Shown here in pieces: positions 1 through 10,787 of a stretch of DNA of 64,000 nucleotides (the first letter of the stretch is position 1; every line of letters starts with the position of its first letter). The translations under genes and the position numbers were made by a program. Below the pieces are notes generated by a model. It was not told the origin of the DNA. It did not search any database and was given only the letters and a program-made list of their open reading frames with translations. This stretch comes from Malacoraja senta (lineage: Eukaryota): positions 13,206,001 through 13,270,000 of the forward strand of contig CM075991.1 of NCBI GenBank assembly GCA_038087875.1, written 5' to 3'.

Positions 1-822
1 GGCTACGCTGCAAGATGCAAACCACTGGTTAGCTGCAAAAATAGGAATGGCCAGGTTACAGTTTGCCAAGATGTACTTAAAAGAGCAACCACAGTTCTGG
101 AAAAAGGCCTTGTGGACAGATGAGACGAAGATTAACTTATCATAGAGATGGAAAGAGCAAAGTATGGAGGAGAGAAGGAACTGCCCAAGATCCAAAGTAT
201 ACCACCTCATCTGTGAAACACAGTGGTGGGGGTGTTATGGCCTGGGCATGTATGGCTGCTGAAGGTACTGGCTCACTTATCTTCATTGATGGTAGTAGCA
301 TAATGAATTCTGAAGTGTATAGACACATCCTATCTGCTCAAGTTCAAACAAATGCCTCAAAACTCATTGGCCGGCGGTTCATTCTACAGCAAGACAATGA
401 TCCCAAACATACTGCTAAAGCAACAAATTAGTTTTTCAAAGCCAAAAAATTGTCAATTCTTGAGTAGCCAAGTCAATCGCCCTATCTGAACCCAAAAGAG
501 CATGCCTTTTATATGCTGAAGAGAAAACTGAAGGGGACTAGCCCCTAAAACAAGCATAAGCTAAGGATGGCTATAATACAGGCCTGGCTGAACATCACCA
601 GAGAAGACACCAGCAACTTGTGATATCAATGAATTGCAGACTTCAAGCAGTCATTGCATGCAAAGGATATGCAACAAAATACTAAACATGACTATTTTCA
701 TTTACATGACATTGCTGTGTCTCATACATTATGGCGCCCTGAAATGGGGGGACTATGTATAAACACTGCTGTAATTTCTACATAGTGAAACCAAAATGTA
801 TAAAAATGGCCTTTAATAAAAT
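1..822 (+). mobile_element. Tc1/mariner transposon remnant, 3' part (duplicate of 38966-39787)
   Basis: Broken transposase frames read WTDETKINL, SVKHSGGGVMAWAC, QQDNDPKH and ATKY*. The inner part of the right TIR lies at ~725-822. Frameshifts and stops are present. Confidence 0.9.
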
Positions 823-1027
823 GATGCGAGTTTACCCAAGAGCTCTCCCGAGTTTAAAACAAAATCAAGCTCGTGATATTCTACTAACTCCTACAACCTT
901 CCACGAGTATGTTCACGAGCTCCTACAAGTAAAAAGCAGCAATTTTTTTCATGACGAGTATTTTTCACTCTTGTTGAAAAAACTTCATAAGTAAAAAAAT
1001 ACTCGTGCTCTTGGGTAAACTCGCATC
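823..1027. mobile_element. MITE with perfect 21-bp terminal inverted repeats (second copy 39788-39992)
   Basis: gatgcgagtttacccaagagc at 823 and its reverse complement gctcttgggtaaactcgcatc ending at 1027. No credible coding sequence inside. Confidence 0.75.
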
Positions 1028-2674
1028 GTGATGTCCTCCAGTTAGTCTCCCTGTCCCCTTTGTTTTAAGTAGAATTGACTACGTCCTCACTTCTAATCTC
1101 ACAGAAAGATCACACTATTAAAGCACCTGAACATTGTTTGGCTTAGGACACGGCCCTACGAATATCCTAAACAATGACTTGGAGTTAAAATGAGTGACTT
1201 CCAACAATAGATGCTTCCTGCTCTCCATTGCTCTAGCCAGTGGACTATTTCCACCGAGCCAATAACAACTAGAGAAACGGTAGATTAAGTAGCACATGTA
1301 GAGGCAAAGGGATGGTTGGGACCCTGCATTAAGGGACAAAGGATGGTAGAGACCTTGCATTAAGGCGTGATGGAATAATGAAATAATCATAAATAATGCA
1401 CGGCTTATCAGCAACCATTCCTCCTGCACCCGCTCCAGACCCAATATCTGTAGTCTGGTGTTTCCATTGATTTTAGTTTTACCTCTCACACATTGTTACC
1501 TGTTTCCTCGCTGTTGAGGCATGTTGGTAGGCTAATTGGTAACTATCAATTATCCCTTGCTGTAGGTAAGGGAGAACTGAATCAAAGGAAAATTGATTGG
1601 TAAGTGTAAGAGAATAATTTGCAGAGAACAGGAATGCAACAAAATATGGAATGGTGCTGATGGGAGTACTTGGTTGGGAGCCAGCATGGATCTGATGGGC
1701 CAAATTGCCTCCTTTTGTGTTTGCAATAAATAAGGGAGAAGGGTAATGGTAAAAGACTGAAAACATTAGTTGTCAGAATGGGCAGACAGATGACGGTTGA
1801 AATTTAATACAGGGTAATGCAAATTATTACATTTTGGCTGAAAATAGAGGGAGAGACAGAGTCTCAGAGAGCTTCAGAATAAAGGATAGGCTGTTTGGCA
1901 CTGAGGAGAAATATAAGAGCTGGTGAATCTTTGGAATACTCTATCCCAGGTGACTGGAAGCTCCGTCATTATGTTCATTCAAAACAGATATTGAAAAATT
2001 TCTGGATGTTGGGATAATGCTGGAATGTGGTCATGGATATGGAAAGTCAACCTTATTCTTAACATCAGAGCAGGTGTAAAGATCTGGATAGCCTACTGTC
2101 GCTTATGTTCATATAGCACGGGTGGTTAGGTGTTATAAGGGGATTTGATCTAATTCTCGACAATCTGATTTCTAGAAAGCTCTGAGGGTGTTAATGATTT
2201 ACTAATATAGGACCAGGGACAAGGTTTCACCGGAGTGATTCTTCTTGATGGCGGATCCAGTAGAAGTGGATAGCATCATGAATAGTTTGAATTAAGGCAA
2301 GCTGTTCCTGGTGGCAGATGGAGAAGAATGTAGGAACATGAATTTTTGACGAGAAAATAGCATCTGGAGAGAGGTTTCTATCATGAAGACTAGTTCTAAT
2401 CTGGAACCTGCTGCCCTAACAATGGGGAATACAATCGGGGCTTTCAGAGGGGAATTTCTTGAGTGATTAAGAGCGCTAATTTTACATAGACAATTCAGAA
2501 AGTGCCCCTGAATAAGATTGAATACATTGCTCTATAAAGAGCCAGCATTGGCTTGATGGGCTGAATAGCCACCTATACCAAGATTCCACAGTGATCTGTT
2601 CTGAGAGAGAAGATGCTAATTCACAAGCACCAACATTTGGGGAATTGAGGCAAAGCCATTATTGGCGTATTAAA

Positions 2675-3645
2675 GGTACACAAAAATGCTGGAGAAACTC
2701 AGCGGGTGCAGCAGCATCTATGGAGCGAAGGAAATAGGTAACGTTTCGGGCCGAAACCCTTCTTCAGACTGATAGGGGGTGGGGAGAAGAAAGGAAAAAA
2801 GGAAAAGGAGGAGGAGGAGCCCGAGGGCTGGGGGAGGGGAGGAGACAACCAGATGGCTGATGAAGGGGAGGGGACAGCCAGGGCTAGCAGAATTGGGAGA
2901 ATTCAACGTTCAGGCCACCAGGATGTAGACTGCCCAAGCGGAATATGAGGTGCATTTCCTCCAATTTACGGTGTTGCTCGCTGTGGCCATGGAGGAGACC
3001 CAGGACAGAGAGGTCAGATACGGAATGGGAGGGGGAGTTGAAGTGCTGAGCCACCGGGAGTTCAGGTTGGTTATTGCGGACCGACCGGAGGTGTTCGGCG
3101 AAACGATCGCCAAGCCTCCGCTTGGTCTCACCGATGTAGATCAGCTGGCATCTAGAGCAGCGAATGCAATAGATGAGGTTGGAGGAGATGCAGGTGAACC
3201 TCTGTCGCACCTGGAACGACTGCTTGGGTCCTGGAATGGAGTGGAGGGGGGAAGTGAAGGGACAAGTGTTGCATCTCTTGCGGTTGCAAGGGAAAGTACC
3301 AGGGGAGGGGGTGGTATGGGAGGGAAGGGAAGAATTGACAAGGGAGTTACGGAGGGAGCGGTCTTTGCGGAAGGCAGACATAGGGGGAGATGGGAAGATG
3401 TGGCGAGTGGTGGGGTCACGTTGGAGGTGGCGAAACTGACGGAGGATCACTTGTTGTATGTGACGGCTGGTGGGGTGAAAGGTGAGGACTAGGGGGACTC
3501 TGCCTTTGTTGTGAGTGGGGGGATGGGGAGAGAGAGCAGTGTTGCGGGGTATGGCAGAGACCCTGGTGCGAGCCTCATCTATGGTGGAGGAGGGGAACCC
3601 CCGTTCCCTGAAGAATGAGGACATTTCAGATGCCCTGGTGTGGAA
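2675..3645 (-). mobile_element. 5'-truncated Penelope-like retroelement (GIY-YIG endonuclease end)
   Basis: ORF 2884-3624 has the CxxxxCxxC linker and NLIYCIRCSRCQLIYIGETKRRLGDRFAEH..HFN..GLN motifs. It is flanked by a 9-bp direct repeat cgtattaaa (2666-2674 and 3646-3654). Confidence 0.9.
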
Positions 3646-3981
3646 CGTATTAAATCCTGCTTCATTCTAATGCATTTAAAAAAATATTTCCCTGATAACA
3701 AGGTGGTCAGAACGTTGGGTGACTCTGGGTCAGAGTTTGTCACTGAGGTAGTGTGGGTGAGTCGGACAACTCCAATGATGGGGAACGTATACGACACTGC
3801 ATTGCTGCGCATCCTAACACCAGGTACATTATAGCCATTAAGAGTTAATGGAAGATTTCTGATTGCATTATGCACAGAGACGGACTTTAAGAAAGAAAAT
3901 GCTGGGAGCATAAATCCTGCACCAAAGTGTGAGCTTTAGACACAGCTCTGCATTTGGGTCATTTCAATTCTTAACAGGAGG

Positions 3982-4181
3982 NNNNNNNNNNNNNNNNNNN
4001 NNNNNNNNNNNNNNNNNNNNNNNNNNNNNNNNNNNNNNNNNNNNNNNNNNNNNNNNNNNNNNNNNNNNNNNNNNNNNNNNNNNNNNNNNNNNNNNNNNNN
4101 NNNNNNNNNNNNNNNNNNNNNNNNNNNNNNNNNNNNNNNNNNNNNNNNNNNNNNNNNNNNNNNNNNNNNNNNNNNNNNNNN
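3982..4181. other. Assembly gap (200 N)
   Basis: Run of N. Confidence 1.
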
Positions 4182-4370
4182 TGGAAGTTGAAGCTTTGTG
4201 GGAGTGAGTGTGCACAGAGTTCACGTTGCTTCCTGTGCAATTGGTGCCATGATGATGCTGCTGTGATTCTCTTAATACTTCCAACATCATGGTTTCTTTT
4301 GAATTCTTCCCTGTTAAATCGAAACACGGTGGTTTTTATTTTCAACTGTACTATTCATATTTTGCCTCAG

Positions 4371-4569
4371 GAAACAACTTGAAGAGTGGTTAGCTTCTAA
4401 AGGGAAGACCTACAAACGCCCTCCCATGCCAACCCCTTTGAAGAAAGTTTTCAAATCTGTAAAGAAGAATTTGGAGTGTTCTTTCTTGGAAGCACTGGAA
4501 GAAGAACAGAAGAGCCTGGCAGATCGGGTGCACCACATGTTGAATGACTGCATGAAGCTGCTAGAGAGG
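4371..4569 (+). CDS. CKAP2L: CKAP2-like protein, internal exon (5' part of the gene absent, beyond the gap)
   Basis: tttgcctcag|G..AGG|gtatgg. Translates (R)KQLEEWLASKGKTYKRPPMP...HMLNDCMKLLER, matching the CKAP2L RKQLEEWxxSKGKTYKRPPM motif. Confidence 0.92.
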
Positions 4570-4722
4570 GTATGGACATTTTACCAGGATTGACAGCGAG
4601 ATTAATGCTTCCCAAAAAAATTAATTGTCCCTGCTCCAGGATGAGTGCTGGAAGTGTTGTAGAGTATATTCAAATAGAGGTTTTGTTATGGGAAGCGCAT
4701 CTTGGAATCAATCAATCGATAA

Positions 4723-5520
4723 GAAGGTAGACACAAAATGCTGGAGTAACTCAGTGGGACAGGCAGCATCTCTGGAGAGAGGAATGGGTGACGTTTTGGG
4801 TCGAGACCCTTCTTCAGACTGATGTCAGGGGAGCGGGCAGGACAAAGATAGAATGTAGGCAGAGACAGTAAGACTAATGGGAGAACTGGGAAGGGGATGG
4901 AGAGAGAAAGTAAGGACTATCTGAAGTTAGAGAAGTCAATGTTCATACTGCTGGGGTGTAAGCTACCCAAGCTGTTCCTCCAATTTGCGCTGGGCCTCAC
5001 TCTGACAATGGAGGAGGCCCAGGACAGAAAGGTTTTTGGGAATGGGAGGGGGAGTTGAAGTGCTAGGCCACTGGGAGATCAGTTAGGTTTGCTGAGCCTG
5101 TGCTTGGTCTCCCTTCCACTCCCCCTCCCATTCCCAATCTGACCTTTCTGTCCTGGGCCTCTTCCATTGTCAGAGTGAGGCCCAGTGCAGATTGGAGGAA
5201 CAGCACCTCGTATTTCACTTGGGTATTTTACACCCGCGGTATGAACATTGACTACTATAACTTCAGATAGCCCTTGCTTTCCCCCTCTCCATCCCCTTCC
5301 CAGTTCTCCCACTAGTCTTACTGTCCCGCCTACATTCTATCTTTGTCCTGCCCCCTCCCCTGACATCAGTCTGAAGAAGGGGAGGGGCCAGGCCAGGAAG
5401 AAAAAGACCCAAAACATTGCCCATTCCTTCTCTCTAGAGGTGCTGCCTCACCCGCTGAGTTACTCCAGCATTTTGTGTCTACCTTTGATTTAAACCAGCA
5501 TCTGCAGTTCTTTCTTACAC
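4723..5520. mobile_element. Two Penelope-derived fragments in inverted orientation in a CKAP2L intron
   Basis: 4723-~5095 and ~5110-5520 are degenerate reverse complements of each other. Both resemble the 3' end of the Penelope element at 2675-3060. Confidence 0.75.
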
Positions 5521-5671
5521 AGTCAATCGTTAAGGTAGGTACTAACTGCATGCAGTGGAATTATTTTCTTTCTTTTCCCAAATGGCAATCCTTATGGTAT
5601 TTTCAAATAGCTGCAAAGTAGTTATTGCTTCGTTGTGTTATATTTTTTAAAGTTTACATTGTTACCTTTAG

Positions 5672-5830
5672 GGTTCCTCGCCTGAACAAGTGTCTGAAGC
5701 ATTGCGGAATGTTCCTGGCGGTGAGAAGTTTGCCAAGTACTGGATTTGCCGAGCACATCTGCTAGAATTAACTGGTACGATGGAGGCCATCGTTGCTCTG
5801 TTTGAGCAGGCTGTTCACAGTGGTGCAGAG
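5672..5830 (+). CDS. CKAP2L: CKAP2-like protein exon
   Basis: ctttag|GGT..GAG|gtaact, phase 0/0. GSSPEQVSEALRNVPGGEKFAKYWICRAHLLELTGTMEAIVALFEQAVHSGAE (CKAP2 C-terminal domain). Confidence 0.92.
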
Positions 5831-5949
5831 GTAACTATATTTGTAACAACAAACTAAAATTGCTGATTTAAATGTTTTAAGTTTTGATCTTTACCTAAAC
5901 ATTCCTCTCTGGTGAGTTGCTTTACAATGAGAAACTAACTCTTTCACAG

Positions 5950-6022
5950 CCTGTTGAAGAGCTGCGGTCTGCACTTGTGGAAACCATCATGAGGAATGCA
6001 AACTCTCACACATCCTGTACAG
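5950..6022 (+). CDS. CKAP2L: CKAP2-like protein exon
   Basis: ttcacag|CCT..ACAG|gtaaat. PVEELRSALVETIMRNANSHTSCT; phases fit the flanking exons. Confidence 0.9.
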
Positions 6023-6536
6023 GTAAATCTGCTGGCATTAAAAAATGGAGTTTCCTTTAGATTTGTAAATTTAAAATGGTGAAAAATATATATTTGCATT
6101 TGTGTAACTTCTTTGAGTGCTTTAGAACCAATGTTTTTATGTTGTATTGTCACTTTTCTTGACGGATATATGGTATCCAATTTGTGCTCACACCTAGGTT
6201 CCACAATCAATGTAATAATGGCTAGCTGATTTGCTTAATGTACATTGAGCCATAAATATCAGCCAAGATACCAAAGATGTCGCCCTGGAATCATCTTCAG
6301 CCATCTCCGTGGAGCATTAGTTCAATGTTCCGATAACCGGCATCTTTAGCATCAGTGGAACACTCTTGATTCGAATATTGTGCTCTGATCTTTGGAGGGA
6401 GGGTTGAACCCACAATTTCTGTCCGAGCATATGAATAGCCATCTGTGCAATGGATGACGTTGACATAGAGATGCTGTAGTTATGAATGATCACTGACCAT
6501 TTTTAAATTTGCCCCGTGTTTTTTATATTATGATAG

Positions 6537-6684
6537 AAAAGGAAGATGTTAAAACTGAAGGTTTTGAAGAATCAGCTGTTGCCACGCCTCGTACAACATT
6601 AGTGGAGTCTCTGTTCAGCAAAATAGATGGGCATGGTTCATCCGTGATTAAATACAGAGTGACCGCAACACCCCAAGTGCTCAG
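6537..6684 (+). CDS. CKAP2L: CKAP2-like protein exon
   Basis: tgatag|AA..CTCAG|gtaagg, phase 1/2. KEDVKTEGFEESAVATPRTT...GSSVIKYRVTATPQVL. Confidence 0.88.
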
Positions 6685-7162
6685 GTAAGGTTTTATCATC
6701 AACGCCTTTCCCCCTTCTCCCGCCAAGAAATGATGGCCATTGTACTTGTCTATATTAATCCCTTTAACTCAAATTTTTCCCATAACCCATGCCTTGACAA
6801 ATCGGATGATTCGGATTTTGATAGCTTGATATTTTCTAAGTACTTCAGGTGCCTCTGTTGTGGTTCAATGTTCTTAAACAGATAAAAACACAAATAAAAT
6901 CAGTGATCAAGCAGTACAATCTTTATTTCGCCATACAGAGTCGCTTGTTATTGGAAAAAGGTATATCAACATATTTGTTAGCCTTGTAAGAGCTTCCTGC
7001 TGACTTTGCAATTAATTATGAGAAAAGTAATAGCCTGTCTTTAATTTCAGCTGAATCCATTTTTGTACAGAATAAATCTTTTTAATTCAGGTGGCAACTG
7101 TACAGAATTAAATCAAAGAGGTGACACATTTTCAACATTTCAAAATCGATCTTTCTTTGCAG

Positions 7163-7379
7163 AACAAATGAGCTTCAAAGCAAAATCCGATCTCATGGGA
7201 AGCAAGATCTGAGGTTCCTCACCCCAGTCCGGCGCTCGGTTCGCATTGAGCATGTTTCTGCTTGGCACCCTGAGATGTTGAGAGAGCATGACTACTGTGT
7301 GGCCTCCCTAAATGAACTTTTAGCTGAGGATGAGGCTGAAACATTTGTTTACAGAGAAAACAAGGCTTTGCTGGAATAA
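7163..7379 (+). CDS. CKAP2L: CKAP2-like protein terminal exon
   Basis: tttgcag|A. Reads ...QDLRFLTPVRRSVRIEHVSAWHPEMLREHDYCVASLNELL...YRENKALLE*, with the conserved TPVRRS and PEMLxEHD motifs. Confidence 0.93.
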
Positions 7380-7467
7380 CAGAAATTACACTGATATCCT
7401 TTAAATGCATTTTACATACTATCCACATTAGCTATCAGCTTATTTGTATTGTTTTAAGAATGTATAT

Positions 7468-7473
7468 AATAAA
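7468..7473 (+). terminator. Probable CKAP2L polyadenylation signal
   Basis: AATAAA about 90 nt after the stop, followed by GT/T-rich sequence. Confidence 0.6.
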
Positions 7474-7892
7474 CTTGTTGTTTATTCGGTGCTTGGAACT
7501 GACTTTAAATAACACTCAGACACGGGAGTAAAACTAAGCAGCTTCTTTATTCCAGGAAGCCACCTTGTGTCTCTCCTGCGCATGCGTACCATTGCGCAAG
7601 ACATCACATATGTTAATTCTATTACATACACCACATGCCTCCCCTTTAACTTGGAGGCAGGTAACACCATTTCTATTACATACACAGCAAACTATTGTAT
7701 TCAGAAACTTCAAAAGCATAAAAATAGTATATATTTAATTGTGCTAACGTCTCCTTGTCAACTACCTTCTTTCTTCACAAACACCAATATTCTGCTGCTT
7801 GTTTTTACTTTGCTGTATCTCAAGGAATGAGGAAAGCAACACAACAAGGAATAACTAAGTTTGCCAATTATGAAGAACTTTGCTATTACAAA

Positions 7893-7962
7893 TCTCAGTG
7901 TGGAGTACAGAGGCAAATAAATAAATGATGGGTCTTTGTCTCAAACATTATGGAGGGCACTG
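7893..7962. mobile_element. Partial Tc1 TIR
   Basis: ...caaacattatggagggcactgta, the same terminus as at 53355. Confidence 0.8.
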
Positions 7963-8219
7963 TAGTACATTGGCAGAAAAACATTTCAGTTAATTCTGTC
8001 CTCTTTTCCAAGAATGGAAAATGTCAATCTAAAGTATTGCTTTTAAGTTAAATGCTGGGTTTAGGAAAAGAGGACATGCAATTAAACAGATTTTTTTTTA
8101 AAGTAAATATAATGCAGATAGCGCTTTATTTCACACAGTGATTAAACCTTGAATGAGGCAGAAAGTAGTTTGACCAACAGTTATATTCGGGGAGATTACT
8201 GGCCATCTTCCATCGTGGT

Positions 8220-8408
8220 TTAATCTATTTTTTGAATTTTAAAATATTTGGCTTCCATGTTATTTGTGTCATTGTCAACCGTCACCTTTTTATTTGCGTG
8301 GTGGATAAACCAACCTGCTGCCAGACATGACTCAAAATATATTCGCTCATCGGACTGCACCACCTTTTTAAAAAGGAAAGCCTCATTGGTCGGCTTTCCT
8401 TCGTTGGG
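8220..8408 (-). CDS. IL-1 family cytokine, terminal exon
   Basis: tttctttattccag|CCC..GAT TAA. PNEGKPTNEAFLFKKVVQSDERIYFESCLAAGWFIHHANKKVTVDNDTNNMEAKYFKIQKID* carries the IL-1 family FLF..FES.xx.GWFI pattern. Confidence 0.85.
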   Translation of the reverse strand, partial: PNEGKPTNEAFLFKKVVQSDERIYFESCLAAGWFIHHANKKVTVDNDTNNMEAKYFKIQKID

Positions 8409-8743
8409 CTGGAATAAAGAAAAACAAATTATGCACTTACTGTATTTGTAAAGCAAGCAGGCACACAATAGAAATACTGTAGCGGATCCCTTCCTGTCAC
8501 AGGTGGTTCTGCTGCTTTGAGGATCAAAAGCATTCGGTTTTTGGCTCTAGACATATGGAGAGAACGTACAAACTCCATACAGACAGCATCCGCCTGAACC
8601 TGATTCTCTGCCGCGGAAAAGCAGCAACCCTACCATTGTGCCGCCCTAGGTCTTGGATGGTGCAGAGAAAGTGAGGGTTGGGGAAGATATGGTCTAATTC
8701 GCACTAGACTGTTCAATAAGTGTACAACCAAAGAATTATTTAC

Positions 8744-8868
8744 CTGTAGTATGAGCTTTCGGCTGTTTCCCTGACCGATGCAGACCGATACCGATGAGTA
8801 TTTCCCGGAATCTTTGCTAAAATGCAGAGATACAATGTCATCTCCATGTGGGGTGATTTTTACCTTGG
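8744..8868 (-). CDS. IL-1 family cytokine, penultimate exon
   Basis: tgatttccag|CC..CTACAG|gtaaat, 125 nt, phase 1/0. (A)KVKITPHGDDIVSLHFSKDSGKYSSVSVCIGQGNSRKLILQ joins the terminal exon in frame. Confidence 0.82.
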
Positions 8869-8979
8869 CTGGAAATCAGATAAGAAAGAAGTGAGACACA
8901 GCCATTCATTTTCTGTTGCAATTGCTTGTTGGCAGCAGGGTTTGCACCTAATTGCTGCCCAGAAATACTTGCTACGGGT

Positions 8980-9205
8980 ACAATAGCAGTAGAGTTGCTG
9001 CCTCACGGCGCCAGAGACCTGGGTTCGATCTTGATCAAAGGTCCTGTCTGCACAGAATTTGTACATTCTCCCCGTGACTGAGTGGGTTTTCTCCAGGTGC
9101 TCCGGTTTCCACTCACACACCAAACACCTACAGATTTGTAGTTAATTGGCTTCTGTGTAATAGTGCTAGTGAACGGGGTGATTGCTAGTGCACACTGTAT
9201 CTCTA
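8980..9205 (+). mobile_element. tRNA-derived V-SINE (HE1-like); similar copies near 36500-36710(-), 47640-47890, 54175-54355, 60180-60435(-) and 61190-61460
   Basis: tRNA-like head (gtagagttgctgcctcac..gggttcgatc) plus the tttgtacattctccccgtgac..gggttttctcc.ggtgctccggtttcc core. Confidence 0.75.
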
Positions 9206-10374
9206 AAATCAAAAGTTAACTTTGCCCAGTTCAACACAGAATGAGAAATTACAGATTTTGATGCTAGTTTCTCATGGTTGCTGCATTCCAGTTTTTCTAA
9301 TGTAACTTCTGACACAGGAGACATGAACAATCCCACAGTCATCTAATGACTGCAACATTAATCACCACCAGTGTTGATTTAACCCATTGGTGTTGATCAC
9401 GATACTATATGATAGAACTTTATTTATCCAAGGAGGAAAATTGATCTGCCGTCATAAAAACACAAAATACATGAAACAGGAATTAAAGTGACAAGTGGAA
9501 AGGATTGGGGGATGTGCAAAGATTTGGGGGGGGGGGGAGTCGGTCTACCCCATGACAGAAGAGGGAGGAGTTCTACAGTTTGATAGCCACAGAGAAGGAT
9601 GTCCTGTAGCGTTCTGGAACCAGTTTGTTACTGAAAGTGCTCCTCAGGTTGATGGAGGGGGTGAGCTGTATTGTCCAGGATACTCCACAGTTTGAGGAGC
9701 ATCCTCTCCTCCAAGACCACCTCCCATGAGTCCAACTCCGCCCCCAGGATGGAGCCAGCCTTTCTGATGAGTTATTAATCTTATTGGCGTCAGCAGCTTT
9801 TGCCCTGCTGCCCCAGCACACGGCAGCCACTTTCTCACCAGTATGTTGTAATGGCTTATTTCTATGCTGGAGCCAATTCTGACCCCACTGCTCTTTAGAA
9901 TCATAGAACCCTTCTGGGTAGAATGGGGCCATTCTGCTCATGGTGCCTATGCCAGCTTTTTCCAACCAGTTTAGAGACTGCAGGTTTGCAAGCTGGTGCC
10001 ACTAGTGAGAACACAACAGCTCAAGAGTAGAACCGAGTTCAGGACAGGCCCAATGACCCAAATGTCAAGTGGAATGAGCCGATGTAAAACCTATGGAGAC
10101 TGAAGAGATATTCCTTCAATTGACCACCTACTCTCAGTTGGAATAATATTTAGTTAGCAAGTGCTAGAGACCGCCTGTATCCATTGAGAAAGCCTGGGGA
10201 AGAGCTGCAAATTTGACACTACAGGTAAAACTCATTAGTTTAATCAGGTACGCTAATTTATTTCAGATATTTTTGTTAAGAGTAGATCAGTTACCAGGTT
10301 CTGTGCACAGATTTCTTTGCCAGCTGGCACGTAGGTTTTCTTGAGATGATTGGTGCCAACAAACTAGGGCTTAC

Positions 10375-10501
10375 CATTGCGGTTAGAATTCATGGACTTC
10401 AGTATCACTTCGTTCGAAGATTCGTATATCCTCACGATTCTGTTATCTGAAGTGTAAATGTAATAGCTACGTTCATTGTCCATATTTCCGATGGTTTCTA
10501 C
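10375..10501 (-). CDS. IL-1 family cytokine, first exon of the beta-trefoil region
   Basis: tttttttcacccag|GTA..AATG|gtaagc. VETIGNMDNERSYYIYTSDNRIVRIYESSNEVILKSMNSNRN ends in phase 1, matching the next exon. An alternative acceptor 4 nt inside (exon start 10497) is possible. Confidence 0.78.
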
Positions 10502-10787
10502 CTGGGTGAAAAAAAAACATTTTAGGGTCATAGCCGAGAAGATGAAGTGACCATTTTATTTGCATTCACATAGTAATTCAAAGAAATCTAAAGCTGTAAT
10601 TAAACTACAATTGTAATGCTTATAATACTTATGACTGTAATGCTTATATTCCCTATATTTTAAATTCAAGTTACATAGTCTCCACTGTAATACAGTGCTG
10701 CCCCAACTACGCTGAAGTCACGAGCTGTGTAATACGTGCGTTTGACTGTCCAAAGGCTGAGACCAAGCCACTGAAGTGCATATTGGT

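Noticed and set aside
8220-10501. Assigning the symbol IL1B (or IL18/IL33) to the cytokine
   Set aside because: Synteny suggests IL1B, but the sequence is too divergent to assign orthology by eye.
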